DNA of 64,000 bases from Tricharina praecox (taxonomy: Eukaryota): positions 1 to 64,000 of the forward strand of contig NW_026250428.1 in NCBI RefSeq assembly GCF_024521635.1. Direction: 5' to 3'. The notes beneath the pieces are model-generated. The model was not told where the DNA came from and searched no databases. It worked only from the letters and a program-made list of their open reading frames with translations. The position numbers were made by a program, and so were the translations under genes. Positions 33,331 through 46,680 of the stretch are shown piece by piece (positions within the stretch are counted from its first letter, which is position 1; each line of letters starts with the position of its first letter).

Positions 33331-34648
33331 ATCGAAGAAGCATGAGTATAAAGGCAGTGAATTACCGTATATGCGGATATACTAGACCGCAGCCCTCCAT
33401 CGTTGTTCTTACCACCGGAGCTACTTCCGCTTATGTGGTGAGTAGAATGTGAAGGGTAAGATGGAAGATGATAAAAGCGAGAAGAGAGGAGCGGAAAGAA
33501 TAAAAGGGTGTAAGAAGATTTCAATGGAGAAGAGTATGAACGGGAAGGTAGTTAATCACAACAGGGATAAACTAAATGATCCTAGTTTCGGGGGGTGAGA
33601 TGGAATGGAGGATAGGTTGTGAGTTTGAAGAATAGGCGGGAAGGGTGTACTCCTCGCGGGTGGGATGAGAAAAGATGGGTTGTGAGTTTGTAGGATGAGA
33701 CGGAATGGAGGACATGCTAGAGTCTGAGGGGTGAGATGAATTGGGGGACAGGTTGTGGGTTTGAAGAATATTCTGCATTCGGGGATGGCTTGTGAGTTTG
33801 AAGGATAAGATGGAAAAGAGAACAGGTTGGAGTCTCAAGGGTGAGATGATTTCGGGGATAGGATTCGGGGGATAAGTTGCGGGTTCGAAGGATGAGATGG
33901 AGGTGTGTAAGAGAGAAGAGGATGAACGGGAAGAGAGAGCGGGGACGACCGGTCTATATACCCAGGACCATCTGCACGCCGCTCAACTGGGACTTCCCGT
34001 TCAGGATTTGCCCAGCCACTTGCACCAGTCTCTGTTCGAAGGCGTCGAGAAAACCTTCACAACCCTATGCCTTCCCCTCTGGCCCCTTCTTCAGTTACCA
34101 TCAGCAATTTATAGCTGTGGCCTACTCGCGGTTACTTCATACGTCATTCATTCACCGGCGCTTGTTCTCTTGGTGCTATCGCCCTCCTGCTACTGCTTCT
34201 ACACTGCTCTCGCACTCATAGTTCCGTTGCTGACTGCCACCTTTGCTTGGAGGCTAGACTCGGCAGTGCAAATAGATCTCCAGCAAATGCCTACGAGCTG
34301 GTGGTCTTGGACCGTCAACGCCTAGGTACTTTTGTTTTGAGCTCGAGGGCATAGTCGCCGGCGAGCGAATCGGATAACTTGGATGTGCTTTGCCCCATCC
34401 AGTTCGACGGCAGCTTGACGGTCTAACCCGCTACTGATCGTCGGGACAGCTCTAGGTAATCAGTTCGATGCTCAGCCTACGCGGCCCTTCTGGGAATTAA
34501 GGGATTGGGGATCACGAAGAGATACTCCGACACCCTATATCACCCCAGCAGAGCGCTTGTCATAGCTTCCGTCTCATTACCGCTGATCCAAGACCCCAGG
34601 CCTTCGTGCTTTCTCTTGCAATACTCGTTGGTACGTTGGAAAGAAAAT

Positions 34649-35213
34649 AACACCGTTTTTTTTGTGTTCATTCATTGATTGCACGCGACCTACGTAGATC
34701 ATGGCAATATCTTCCCGTTCACCCCCGCGTTTCCCGACCACTGGCCAACCCAACTTTCATCAGGAGGCCCGACTTGGCTTTCCCTGCTCCTGCTGTGGCC
34801 TATCCCAACGATGTATGAATGCACCAAAGAAAGTAAACTAGGAAAAGACAACTTCCACTCCCTCGCCTCGTCCCTGCCTCACCGCAAGTCACTAGTCCTC
34901 GTCGCCTCCTGCCTCTTCATCAGGAGATGCTATGGAGGGAGGTGTGGGGGTGAACAGCGGGAATGATCCCGGTTCATCAACTTCAGCACCCTCTTCCTCC
35001 TCTCGCCTCACGTCCGCCTCCCTTTCCTCCCGCTCCCTGAGCTTTCACTCGGATACCTCACTTGCTGCATCTTCCTCCGTGAACCGGAGGTACTGGCCTG
35101 TCAGGCCGTTTCCTGTCTCGAGTTTTTAGAATGTCGAGGACAGGCGCTTGGGGGCCATCTCTGGACTTGGGTCAGGTCTCAGGCTGGATTTTCGGCTCAA
35201 AAAAACACCGTTT
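34649..35213 (-). mobile_element. Internally deleted, 5'-truncated Tad1-like LINE with poly(A) tail and probable 10-bp TSD
   Basis: aacaccgttt at 34649-34658 and 35204-35213. Minus frame RPDPSPEMAPKRLSSTF*KLETGNGLTGQYL (post-RNase H motif) is joined directly to EEDAASEVSE*KLREREERE. Confidence 0.8.
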
Positions 35214-38200
35214 CCCACCTTTCCGTATGTGCCCGGCTAACCCCCTGAGTGACATCGTATGTATGGCTGTACCAAACGTTCGTTGTGCGGTGTGCCCCAC
35301 ACGCTTATACTAACTATGAGAACGTGCAAAGCTCTAGGTCATGTGATAGGACTCAATACTTTCACAAATTTTCTACTAGATTGCATCACTCGCGTATCTT
35401 TGGTCGTTGTTCGATGCTGCTGCCCTATGTAGTCTGCCGCCATAATCTAGATGGACTGAATGGGAGTACGATGAAACCAATAAAGCTATTGCATGGCCTA
35501 TATTTTCCACGCAGTATGAAGAAACAAACAACGAAATCCGTCACCTAGTCTGCTAGGCTCTATCGCTTTTATCTCTATAGTCTCGAGACCTAAATTCCTT
35601 CACAGTATCTAACCAAGTATTCATCTCGGCTGCTATTTCTTTCCATTCAGTCTGTAAGGTAAATTGATCTTCATGTTTAAACATCGCTGTAATTTTGGAG
35701 GATATGATCTTATCGGAGGAGAGTAGGCCGTACGCCTCGGTGGATACAACGAAGTGAAAAAGACAAACAAAACGTTGCACAAGCAACAGATGATGTTACA
35801 ACAGCTCCTCGTGGCGCGCCCCGTGTATAATGTAGCAGCAATATAATGAACTGAACCAAAGAGCCGAAAGAAAAGCACCTCTGCCCACCCATGAAACCTA
35901 GGCCGGAGGAAATGGAGGGCAGTGGCGGTCGAGCCTGCCTCCGCCCGAGACCTGATCGACTTGAGCTGCTTCTTTCCACCTTTGCTCCATGGACCGCGTT
36001 TCTTAGCGGGAAGCGTATCGTCCTTATCCAAGGTCGCCTCCTCAACGCGAAGGAGCTTGCGCATTTCCAACCACCTAGTTCATCAATCCCGCTCCGCCCC
36101 GTCAGCGTGATTCCCGACTCCTGAGAATATAGGGGGATCGGTTCCGGCCAGAACTCAGATATCCATCACCGAGTATTTCCAGGACTCTGGACTCTGATGG
36201 TTTCGTCCCAAGGTGGATCGACGGTTACGAATCCTCCGACAGAACAGTCTCTCCGAGGCTTGATATAAACACTAGTTCGTCCTCTGCGCTCGCCGAAGGA
36301 CTGAACTTCGTCTTACGTTTGTAGAAAGCTCGCCGTCGTTCGATCACAGCTAGTCGTCGTTCAATCCAATATCGCTGTTGTTCGATCAAAGCTCGCTGTT
36401 GTTTTAAGTAAACAGGAAATGGAGGAAATGTAAAAACACAAGTTCGAGATATATCGTTGGTGCTCGCTCACTTAAGCGTTTTCTTGGCATTTTTCGACCG
36501 TTGTCATCACGTTTCGACAATTTAAACGTTTTCTCGGCATTTGTCTACTGTTTTCCGGTGTGGGGGAGCGATGGACGAGCTGCCACGGGAGCGAGTAATG
36601 GGAGTTTGGTGGGGGTGGGGATGAAAATGACTTAAGCCATCCAATAGGAATGACTGAGTCAATCCGGTAAATGACTCTAAGAATGACTTAGCCAACTTGT
36701 GAAATGACGCTGCCAATACCTTGAGCTTATAGCGGCATTCTTGCGGACTTTGAAATACAGCCCATGTGAGCGGGAAGTGATGATAAAACCAGCGTTGCCA
36801 TACAACAGCGGGAGACATTCAAAGCTAGCTGCAGATAAGTCAGAAAGAACTGCTGAGCCGGAGCATCGCAATCTCATCTCTTTTACATCCTCGCCATCTC
36901 ATCTCTTCCGCAGCAAATACTCCTCGCGAACTTCTACACCATACATGCAGCTATGGTCACGAGCCGGCTGTTTTGATTAAGTTGAATGCCCATATAGATA
37001 CTCACACCTTCCTACTCAGCGATCCTATTTCCTGGTGGTGTGGAGGAGCTATGGGAGGAGGTGTCGGCAAGAGGAGGAAGCGAAGGAGGACGCCTGTCGG
37101 TGGGAGAAGACGAATGTGATTAGTAGAGGGCACCAACGTTGGCGGTCATGGCGTGCATGGTGGGGTCGTATGCTCTCTTAGCCATCTGCCTCTTCTTCTT
37201 TTTTTTCTTCGTCTTCTCCCACAACTCCGCCTCCCCCTACATCTCCTCCACCCCGCCGCTACTGCTCCCCCCCGTTGCTTCTCCACCACCACAACTCCTC
37301 CCCCACCGCAACTCCTCCCCCACCCCAACTCCTCTCCTGCCGCACTTCCCCTCCCGCCGCGACTCTACTCCCACCGCAGCTCCTCCTTTCCATAATAGCT
37401 TCTCTCGCTAATAGCTCATGTTTCTTATAGGTAGCTCACCTTGCAGTAATGCTTGTCTAGGCGCCGTAGATACTGGCCGCCGTGGATACTGGCTAGTGGC
37501 CTCGTAGGTAGTATTAGTAGAATAGAAATCCATGTGCTTAGTGCTTCAAGACCAATGTAAAAAAAGCTGCATAAGCGAGAAAACCCGAGCCCAGTTTCAT
37601 CTCTGATATTCACACGTTTCACTCCTACTCCTCAAGTTTCAACAGTTCTAAAGTAGTTCGCAAATGGTTCGAAAATTCCAAGAAAACGATGCTGCAACGT
37701 TTTAATGCACTTAAACGCTTTATTTTAAACACATAGGGAATTGCTGGCCATTTTGCTGTCTATAAACAGGATCACTTGTACTACGGCTTCCAATTTTCAC
37801 GGGAAAAGCCTATGAACTGTATATCCACTCCCGCCGTTAAAAACTTGCAACACGTCTGTAAATCCAACACGGAATGTACAATGTTTTGAGTGGCTTCTAT
37901 AGGTCAATAATTTTACATGTGTATAATTCTCAACTATCACGATGTGATATTTACTTTTCCTACGGGTTTGAAAAAATAATAATGGCACAACAGTCGCTCC
38001 ACTATTTAAAAAAAAACCCCTTTTTTTTACAATGGTACATAAATCCTAGAAATCCAAAGTGCGCGGCAAGATCCCACACTCAACCGCTGACTGGTTACCG
38101 GTAACCGACTTCCCGTATCGCGGGACCGCTCGTCAGTCTTGGCTGCGGCTGCCCCACTTGGCCGTCGATTATCTACGATCATGTCGCCGATTATCCTTGT

Positions 38201-39749
38201 TGCCCGTAGGTGTACTTGTACACTCGGCAGAAGAAGGCACCACTGATTGACGAAATCCCTAGGTCGTCGGCAAAGTTCTTTCCCCCCCCGAACGACCGCT
38301 ACAGCCTGCAAGCTCCAGCACTTCAATTCCACCTACAAACTACCGCGCACCATCTTCGCCGTAAGATTTTTCAGTGAAACAAGCGAAATCGGTATTCCAT
38401 CAGATCCATCGGTCGAAACGATCTCCGGCGAAATCAAGGATAAGGATCTTACCGTACACGGGTGTGATAGGTACCATTGTCAGCGACTCGGCGCGCTGCA
38501 ACACCACCGATCCCGAACCACTCCAATCATTGCAATCTTGTGTGTGGATAGATCGAAAGGGCCGCAACGCAAATCCCTGGCCGAGAAACCGCAATTGTCA
38601 TTTGGAGCGTGCCGTGCCGCCATGTCCAGAGTTGGTGGAATGGTACCCGAAGGACTTAGCAAGCTAAAGCGAGCTCGAGCAGTATCAAAATGGGAACGGT
38701 ATCTAGATCAAGGACGTGTTGGATAACCGACTGGTATTACTAAGGAACTGACGTACAGCATCAGCAGAGTGACTTCCTATCACAACTATTCGCGGCGTGC
38801 TTGTTCGAGCTTGCCGGTCTCGAGAACACAGAACTGCACAAGTCGCGTTTCTTTTGGCCTCTGTCCTTCACATAGGCTGACATGCTATCCTATTGGCTTC
38901 CTCGGGGATGCGTGGCAGTAGAGCTTGGGCGATTTCCTCTTCACTAACCGTCGATCAATCGAATGTATCCCTACGTCCTCCCGTGGCACTACCGCTCTCT
39001 ACGGCCCGTCCAAGCAAAGCGGAACACCTTATTCTCCGACCGGTGCAGAGTGTTGGAGGCCATCTGGCGGCAGAGGCATGGGTTTGTCCTGGTTTGTTAA
39101 CGCTGTAACGACGGATCAATTTGCGTTACCGACGCGCAACTGCAATCCCTGAGCTTTTCGATTACCATTCCATGCACACTAATATTCTTCAGAGGAACAG
39201 GTGGCAAGAGCATGTTGGAGACATGATTTTTTACTGTCACAGGGCAAGGTGAATGAAACATAGGCCACTGAACCCCTTTTTGAGGCGGCGGGGATGTCAT
39301 TTTGGATGTTAGCGAAATAGTTTCGAGTGATACGCCGTGTCGCAATCTTTTGTCGATGTTTTATCGTTTCAAGAATTTGCAGCGGTCATAGCTCGTATGG
39401 TATATTTGGTAATGGGTGTAAATGTCCGAGATTGTAGCCAATGCTGGATCCCGATGATCCCCCAAGCTTCACCCTCCCAGTGGGAGTGCCAGTAGAGTCA
39501 CCAGGAATCTCTCCCTATGCTGCACGGGCGGCGATCGCAGTTGGATTGGGTGCAGTCCAGACGCATCTAGCTCCGCTGGAGACGAGGAGAGAGCCAGATA
39601 TGGTGCGCCGACGGGATCGAGTGATTGACCGGGAGTATGTAAATTTTTGCTGGTTCTTTACCTTTTTTGATGGTCTCTTCGGGGTAGAAGGGGACTCCTG
39701 TTGCTGGAGATTACTGTCCATAAAAAGTGAGCGTACACGATGTTGTTTG

Positions 39750-40008
39750 TGTCAGATGTAGACGTCCGATCGCTCGTGGAGTTCTGGCGCCGGAGCTTGT
39801 CCGAGTCATATCTGGTGCCGGACGACTGGCGACCGGATCTGAGGCGTCCGGACCTCAGGCGTCTGGTGCCCTGAGCGTGATGGGGTCTACGAGCAGCCCG
39901 CCGACGAGACGAGCCTGGAGGCCATTTAGATAGCACATGTATATAGAGGACCCTCTGCCGCTGCAGAAGACAGACGATAATCAAGACTTCATACTCCTAT
40001 ATTTGACA
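39750..40008 (+). mobile_element. Solo LTR (259 bp)
   Basis: TGTCAGA...TTTGACA ends; perfect 5-bp TSD gtttg at 39745-39749 and 40009-40013; TATA-like gtatatagag at ~39938. Confidence 0.85.
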
Positions 40009-40267
40009 GTTTGGCTAATGACGCAGATCTCTACCGAAGATTGGCAATTGCGCGGTCCGATGGTGGTCTCAACATTCTAAGCTACGAACTGCTATTACTA
40101 CACATCTTATAGCCTACGGACTGCCACAGTTCGAACCAATATCAGCGAGCATCGTCCGGTGCAACCAGCCATAGAAACCCCCTAGATGACAGGGTGACCT
40201 ATATAAGGGGAAAGGGCACGCCGAGATCGTGAGGGACTAGAACGATACGAGGAGGAGTCGAATGGGT

Positions 40268-40664
40268 TGTAGACTAAAATTTTACCAACCTACGCAGTGG
40301 AAATTCCGGCGCTGGTTCGAGCAGGTTTCGAAGGTGTGGGGATAGCAAATCTGACGGATGAAATGTATTCCAGTAGACTTATGTTAAGATTAGACGCCCG
40401 GAAGGCTCTAGAAGACTCACGATCGGGAAGGCTCCACCTGATGACGGGGCACGGACCGTGCTCGTCTCAGAAGTCGAAGGAACCCCGAGTATCTCCTACG
40501 TAAGAGTATTCTGCCTTGGACAAGACGAACGTGTATATAGAGGGCCTTTCTGGCCCAACCTGAAGTAGAGAATCAACTGAACAGATGTCTATTCATCTAT
40601 CCATCTCTATCTATATCATCCATATTCTGGTAGATTTATCGTATCAATTTCCTAGCCTGCCACA
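40268..40664 (+). mobile_element. Solo-LTR-like element (397 bp) flanked by a 7-bp direct repeat
   Basis: TGTAG...CCACA ends; aatgggt at 40261-40267 and 40665-40671; gtatatagagggcc followed by a CT-rich tract, as in the other LTR-like pieces. Confidence 0.7.
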
Positions 40665-41016
40665 AATGGGTCTTGGCGGCATGAAAGTGTGGAGTGTCAC
40701 TCGCACCTGGAAGCTTGAATGTTAACCAGCAGGTTTTCCCGAAACAGGAATCATTTTAAGGTACACCTTCAAGAAAGGTTTTCTTTGTTCTAAAGAAGCC
40801 TCTTCGGTCGCTAGCCAGGCACAAAAACGATGACCACAGATAGAAGGAAGCGAAGGTGAATTCTTCTTGACTCCTCTACACTTTTCATCACACTCAACCC
40901 TCAACCTTCAACCTTCAACCTTCGCGCACCCTCGTCTTTTACCTTTCCTTCAGACTCAGATACCTCCAACAAACATTACTCTCACACCCGACCGATCGTT
41001 CCTACAATCTCCGATA

Positions 41017-42287
41017 ATGTCCGGATCCCAGCCAGACGGGGGTCATCACGACAACAAGTATTTCAACAATGGGGTGCACGATGAGCGCAAGAGCGAGATC
41101 GAGCCGCCGACAACCAAGGTGGAGCCTGCTACGAGCGACAACTGTGACCCCCACGGACCTGAAAACGCATTCGACGGCCGTCAGGGCTCACCAGATTATC
41201 GCCATCGTCACAAGATAGCCATTCTCGAGTGGACCGCAGGAAGCAGTAGCTTACTTCAAAGTTCCTACCAGCGATCATCGATCAGCCTCAATACCTTACC
41301 GGAAGAACTGCTTCGGATAATTTTCAAGTTTTCCAGTTCATTGGACGATGCACGCGCACTCGCTTTCTGCAGCAAATCATTCTACGACATTTACAAGGAC
41401 GACGAAGGCGGAATCCGCTTGGCACTCTTGCCGACGCATCCAATACTGAGCGACAGTGGAAGAAACTACTACGAGTGTGCTGTCCGTGTGTTCGTCAGAA
41501 AGCAAATCACGGAGGTTGAAGGCAAGTAACGCATGTTTGAGCGACACTTGGAGACTATTTCTAACCAGATCCAGACCAGGGCGAAGTCGACGACAAGAAG
41601 AGAAACAAGATTCTACGGGCTGGTGGGTTCGCGACCGTCAACGCCATCATCGATATGGCTACGATTGTCAATCATACAGCAGACATCCTATATGGAGAAC
41701 TGATGGAGATTGCGAACCTCCGCTGCGACCATCTTCACTTCGCTATATTCAAATGTTTTGCCCGAGGCATCTGGGTACGCTGCCTTTGGGACATCTGGAT
41801 ACTGCTTGCAGAGGGCGAGAAACTGGTGGAGGAGCTGTTTCCAATCGGACATCCGGGTCGTCAACGACACCGCATCAACTCTTTCATCACCGAACATATC
41901 TGCTTGTTCGTCAGTCGGGACCGGGGGTGGCGGAACTCTGGGTTTCCCGATACTAAAGCGTTACTCATAGTTGCTCCTGCCGATTGGAACATGTGGTCCT
42001 GCCACCTTGCGACATACTATCGGCTCATGGATTTCTGCGACCTGGAATACCGCAAGGCAAGATTCAATTCACTGGCGAAGCTGTTCCGAATTCTGGAGTA
42101 TGATGCGAATAGGAAGCTTATCGCTAAACTTCAAGGGAGGGTGTCAATGCTGGAGAGTGTCCATAACATATTTATGACCCGATTGAAGATCTCACCGGCT
42201 GAGAACACCGTGTTCAATGCCTCGATAAAGAGTCTCAAGGATATGATTGCGAAGTTGGAAGACAGGAATAGGGGGGCGGAGAAATAA
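41017..42287 (+). CDS. F-box domain protein, 2 exons joined by a GC-AG intron (41522-41574, or 41522-41568), ~405 aa
   Basis: SLNTLPEELLRIIFKFSSSLDDARALAFCSKSFYDI is a clear F-box. AG|GCAAGT donor, CTAAC branch point and CAG acceptor put exon 1 in frame with the 41655-42287 ORF. Confidence 0.75.
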
Positions 42288-45200
42288 GGAACATCACAGA
42301 GTTACAGCGGCGGCTGGCTGAAACTTTGGAGGAGATTGGTGTCATTTGGGGGGTGATAGGAGGCCGAAGCGGAGGTGGAGAAGCTGGCCGTGTCGTTACG
42401 GTGTCCTAGTGAATTTCATCCTCTTCATTACCACTTGTGCGCCCATACATATGCGATTTCTTCAGGAGGAGTGTTGTCTGCGGTACTTTTGTGATGGTCC
42501 TCCTAATTGTCGAGGATCGGGTTTAATGACATCGCGCTTCAATTAACCGAGTTGAGGAATAACTTCGGTGGGAACGGACGGATATCATGGGCACGGACAG
42601 ATACCTCAGGGAAGGAATACGATGGGATATAGTTTTTGCTTCGATGTATCTCTTGAAACACTCTCTCTGTTGTCTTGTCTTTTGTTCTGTATCTAGCAAT
42701 CGCATCTCTATCTCTCACTCTCATTCGTTCGCTCAGATCCGCTTAACAAAACTAACGGCTGTAACGGGCTTGAACTGCAGCATAAGAGCGTTCTACCCAA
42801 GGTTGCTACCCTCTTGTACATCTGGGGGACCTTGAGTACTGGGCTCCCATTCCCTCACCACCTGGGAAATTCGCTCCAATTGAGCCATGATCGCCGCCGG
42901 TGATTTCCCTTCAATCCTCCGTTACAACCCTAAATCCGAAGCTAGTAAGGAACACAGCTGTCAAGCCCAACACCCACCAGTTTTGCGAGAGCTACACGCA
43001 CTTATGAAAGCCGACAGCAAGTGCCAACCTATAAAGAGATGTGTCGCGATTGCAGCAAGGGCACTGCAGATGACACTATATGACTCGACATCAGTGAAGC
43101 CTTGCTGAAATCCAACCTATGGCTATTTCGTAGCGGCAATTCATGACCACCACCGCAGCTAGTTGCTTGCACGCTTCACGCATTCACTGACTGCCCATAT
43201 TCTAAGAAGGCTGCGCGTAATATGTTTTGCGCATCGCGCGCGTTCACCGACTTTATGCCTTCTACGACAGATGGGTATCATAGTCGCCTTACTCCTCCTT
43301 ATGCGCGAACTTGGGGTTCTATTGTCCCACTGTATTGTCCCGCTGAGTGGCCTTCGCTCACACCCCCCACGCCCCGCTCGGGATCACTTGGTTCTGCTAA
43401 TCCAGATGGAGCTCGCACGCGATTAATTAGTCGGTGATGAACTCTTCTAGAGTGTCCTCTGAGACCAAGCGCCGAGTGATACGACGGAGATCTCAATCAC
43501 GGAGGTGATATCTGGTAACGAGTGACTGATTATGATGCAATTACGGAAGAGGAAATGGATGTAAACTGCTCATTTCTGCTATATTTATTCCGGTATTGCC
43601 CGTTCTCTCAATGGCGAAAAAGCAATCATATTCGCACATCTTTCATAGACCGGGATTTTTCTCTTTTTTGTTGCGATATTACTTACTTTCTCCTGGGCAC
43701 ACGATGGCTTCATAAGTTGCTTTACCGAGTGATTTGATGAACAATGTCAGAATGTCGGACGTCAGGAGATGACGATGTCCCTGGCGGGGTATCCGAGCAC
43801 GGAAGACCTACCTTCAGAAGAAATCAATGGCGAGATACTCTGGTTCATGAAGCATGTATATCGAGAGAGAGAGAGAGCTGTGCACGATATTGTTGTTGTA
43901 CCGAATCGATTATCTTCTTTTACCTACCTCATTATGCAACAAAAATTTATGAACGCGAACTGCAGCTTGAGATTGCTATTATGCTAGCTACTGCTTCTCG
44001 ACCAGGACATATATCCTCCCCTCCGCGCCTAAGCACGCCGAACCCCGCCCAGTCCACTCTCGCCGTCACCCAACCCCCACAGGTTCCCCACTATTCGCAC
44101 CCCTCCTCGCGGCCCGCAGGGCAGGGGGCCCTAGGGGGGCGGTGAATGGTGTTGGAGTCTTCCCCAACATCCGCTGAAGTAGTAGCAGGCCGCCGTAGCG
44201 CGGCGATCCAACGGCTCGTCTTGTCCGTTTTGGGCGCCGAACGGTGTCTTCTTTACACCACCGTATCGATTATTTAAGTCAGTCTCTCGTGCTCCGCGTC
44301 TGTCGTACACTCGGAGATACGTACTTATGGTTCGTCATATTACCCTTCGAAGAGTGCATGGTGGAGGGAATGAAGATTCTGAGTGGTATCATTGGTTGCC
44401 TTGAAGAACAGTGTTAGCGCCTCCACGGTGAACTGGATTGTCAAAAAGACCAACAGCTTCGATAGTGGGAACGGATGGTTGTGGCAGTTGAGGGATTGCT
44501 GACGATAACTTATAGTAGTAACGGGAGGTTGTGTTGGCTTAGAAGGGGATGTTTGTGGAGTTGAAGTATTGCTACCGATAACTGATAGTGATGAAGGATG
44601 ATTGTAGAGAAGAGAAGGAGGGGTTTTTGTAGTGGTTGTCGGCGAAGAATTCCGCTAGAGTCGCTAGGGTCCGCTCATTCTATTACCTGTTTTGTAGGTT
44701 CAGTAGGCTGGGTAGGCTGGGGGAAAGTGATCAAACCTTGTCCTCGTGATCAGCTTCGAACCATCTCGAACCCTGGCCCTACACAAGGGAACCTCGCAGT
44801 GACCTAACGGTCAATTCTTGCTACCGCACTGGCCCAGCGACACGGGTTCAAGTAGTCATGAAGTTGGTGATCTAGCTCGGGGTGCATCACTTTTTATTTG
44901 TCCCGCCTGACCGTGTGCGCTTGAGGTCACTCGCTCTACGAGTGATGGAATAAGTTTGACATCGTGGTCATGACAGACCTATACCAGGTAGTATTGATAT
45001 CGATGTGAATAGAGAGGATAGCCGAGAGCCCCAAGAGTGTAGGATGTAGGGCAAAGGTCTGTGCCTTCTACTTCCATTAAGAAACCAAGTGAGTTATATT
45101 GCAACAGAACATGGTGTTATTTCCGTCGAGCGTATCGCAACCACAGGGCATGTCGTTACGGGGATCGGGAAAGCCAGAGCGAGCCGCCGCAGACTGATCG

Positions 45201-46299
45201 AGGCGAAGCTGGACAGTGGGGAGGAAAGGACATGTTCCTACGCCATGATCTTGAGAGGCCGAATGCATTGATGCTTAAATGGAAGGGGAGGAGAAAAAAC
45301 TAGGATTCGGAATCAAGAATGACCACAACTTATGGCCAGGGGGATAGGGGGCGATTTTATTCGATTCAATATGCTTACTGCAAGTCACAATAGACTGTTT
45401 GGATTGCTTTTCAGTTTTGCTGCTTAAGGTATGAAGGTATAGGTACCCGGAATGCCAGAAATATCTGTCCACTGGGTTCGAGGATGAGACCGGAGATTGG
45501 TTTGAAGGCTAGCATACCTATTGGTCATCACAGCAAACCCGGTATCATGACTGTAATCCTCAACTGAGTGCCTTACATTAGAGTCATTTACTAGAAGATT
45601 CACTCAAACAACGAAGAAATGGCAAAATCATACTCGATTAGGATGCAGAGCAAGAAAGTCTATCAGCCACCCGCCAATAGTCACCAGCCCATAGTATGTA
45701 GCGACGATCTCTAGCCACAATCTGTAGCCACTAACTATCCACTAGCTAGCAGCAAACTGCGCCCAGCTATCAGCCGCACCTCATGTTCGTGGCTGAAACC
45801 ATCAAATCCGGACGTGCTGGTTCGTGTATCACGCTAATAGGCGACATCCTAAAATCCCCGCATACAAATAAGTTTGTTTCAACCTGTTATGATTAACTCA
45901 CCACACTTTCTAAAGAAGTTTGGCTTCTGCTACGACCTACTTTAACCCTTCCTCTATTATGTAACAGATCGCTTTTAACTTTTCTGGGTGTTGTGGTTGA
46001 GTTAAACCGGGGGTGGGGTTGGGCATTTTTCGGAATCTTTTCTAACGGCCACAAAGCTAATCCTAAAAAAAAGTGTGTGGCTGTGGCGAGGAGTCACGTG
46101 CTTGTAGCAAAGAAAGGTTTTCACCCCTGGGTTCCGTGTCTGTACCGTAACCACCAACCATTCCTACTACCACCAACCATTCCCACTACCACCACCACCA
46201 CTACCACCACCACATCCAAATAACTTCGACTAAATGTCTTCCGTTATGACTTTCCTCCTACACTACACGTCGTATTGAAAGAAGCAGCTCTTTCAATTG

Positions 46300-46680
46300 G
46301 ATAAATCCGCTGATTTACCTGTGGATCAGTTCAACGAAGTTCAGCCGTTGGTGTGCGGTGTCTCCGCGTTTCGAAATACGAATACAACAGAACGGAGCAG
46401 TATCCAACCATAAGTCGATGACAAACCGATCCAACACAGAATCAGCAGTATCCGTGATAATGATCAGTGCCCGGTTACTGTCAAATTGACGCGTCAACTC
46501 ATCGGACTGCATCCTACCGTTATTCTCGAACGCGAAACCAAACATTACCACAGTTACCATTTTGAAACCAGTTGTACGGCGAAAACATCAGCTGATCGCG
46601 ATAAAAGTCGAGAAGAACTACCTATTCCGCTGCTCATATTTTATTTTCGCATGGAAACCGAAACGGAGGTTTTAACCTGA
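46300..46680 (+). pseudogene. Decayed Mutator-like transposase N-terminal (WRKY/FAR1-like Zn finger) fragment
   Basis: RISSIRDNDQCPVTVKLTRQLIG...TVILERETKHYHSYH resembles the S.R...C.V..K.......V.hE.....H.H motif of fungal MULE transposases; in-frame stops on both sides. Confidence 0.45.

Noticed and set aside
35300..39720. Protein-like fragments in several frames, including an AT-rich tract at ~37400-38030
   Set aside because: Heavily interrupted by stops with no motif I can assign; probably old pseudogene or TE debris.
42760..42926. Short TGTAACGG...CCGTTACA segment as a solo LTR
   Set aside because: 8-bp inverted ends are present but the flanks (acggc / accct) give no TSD and there is no second copy in the window.
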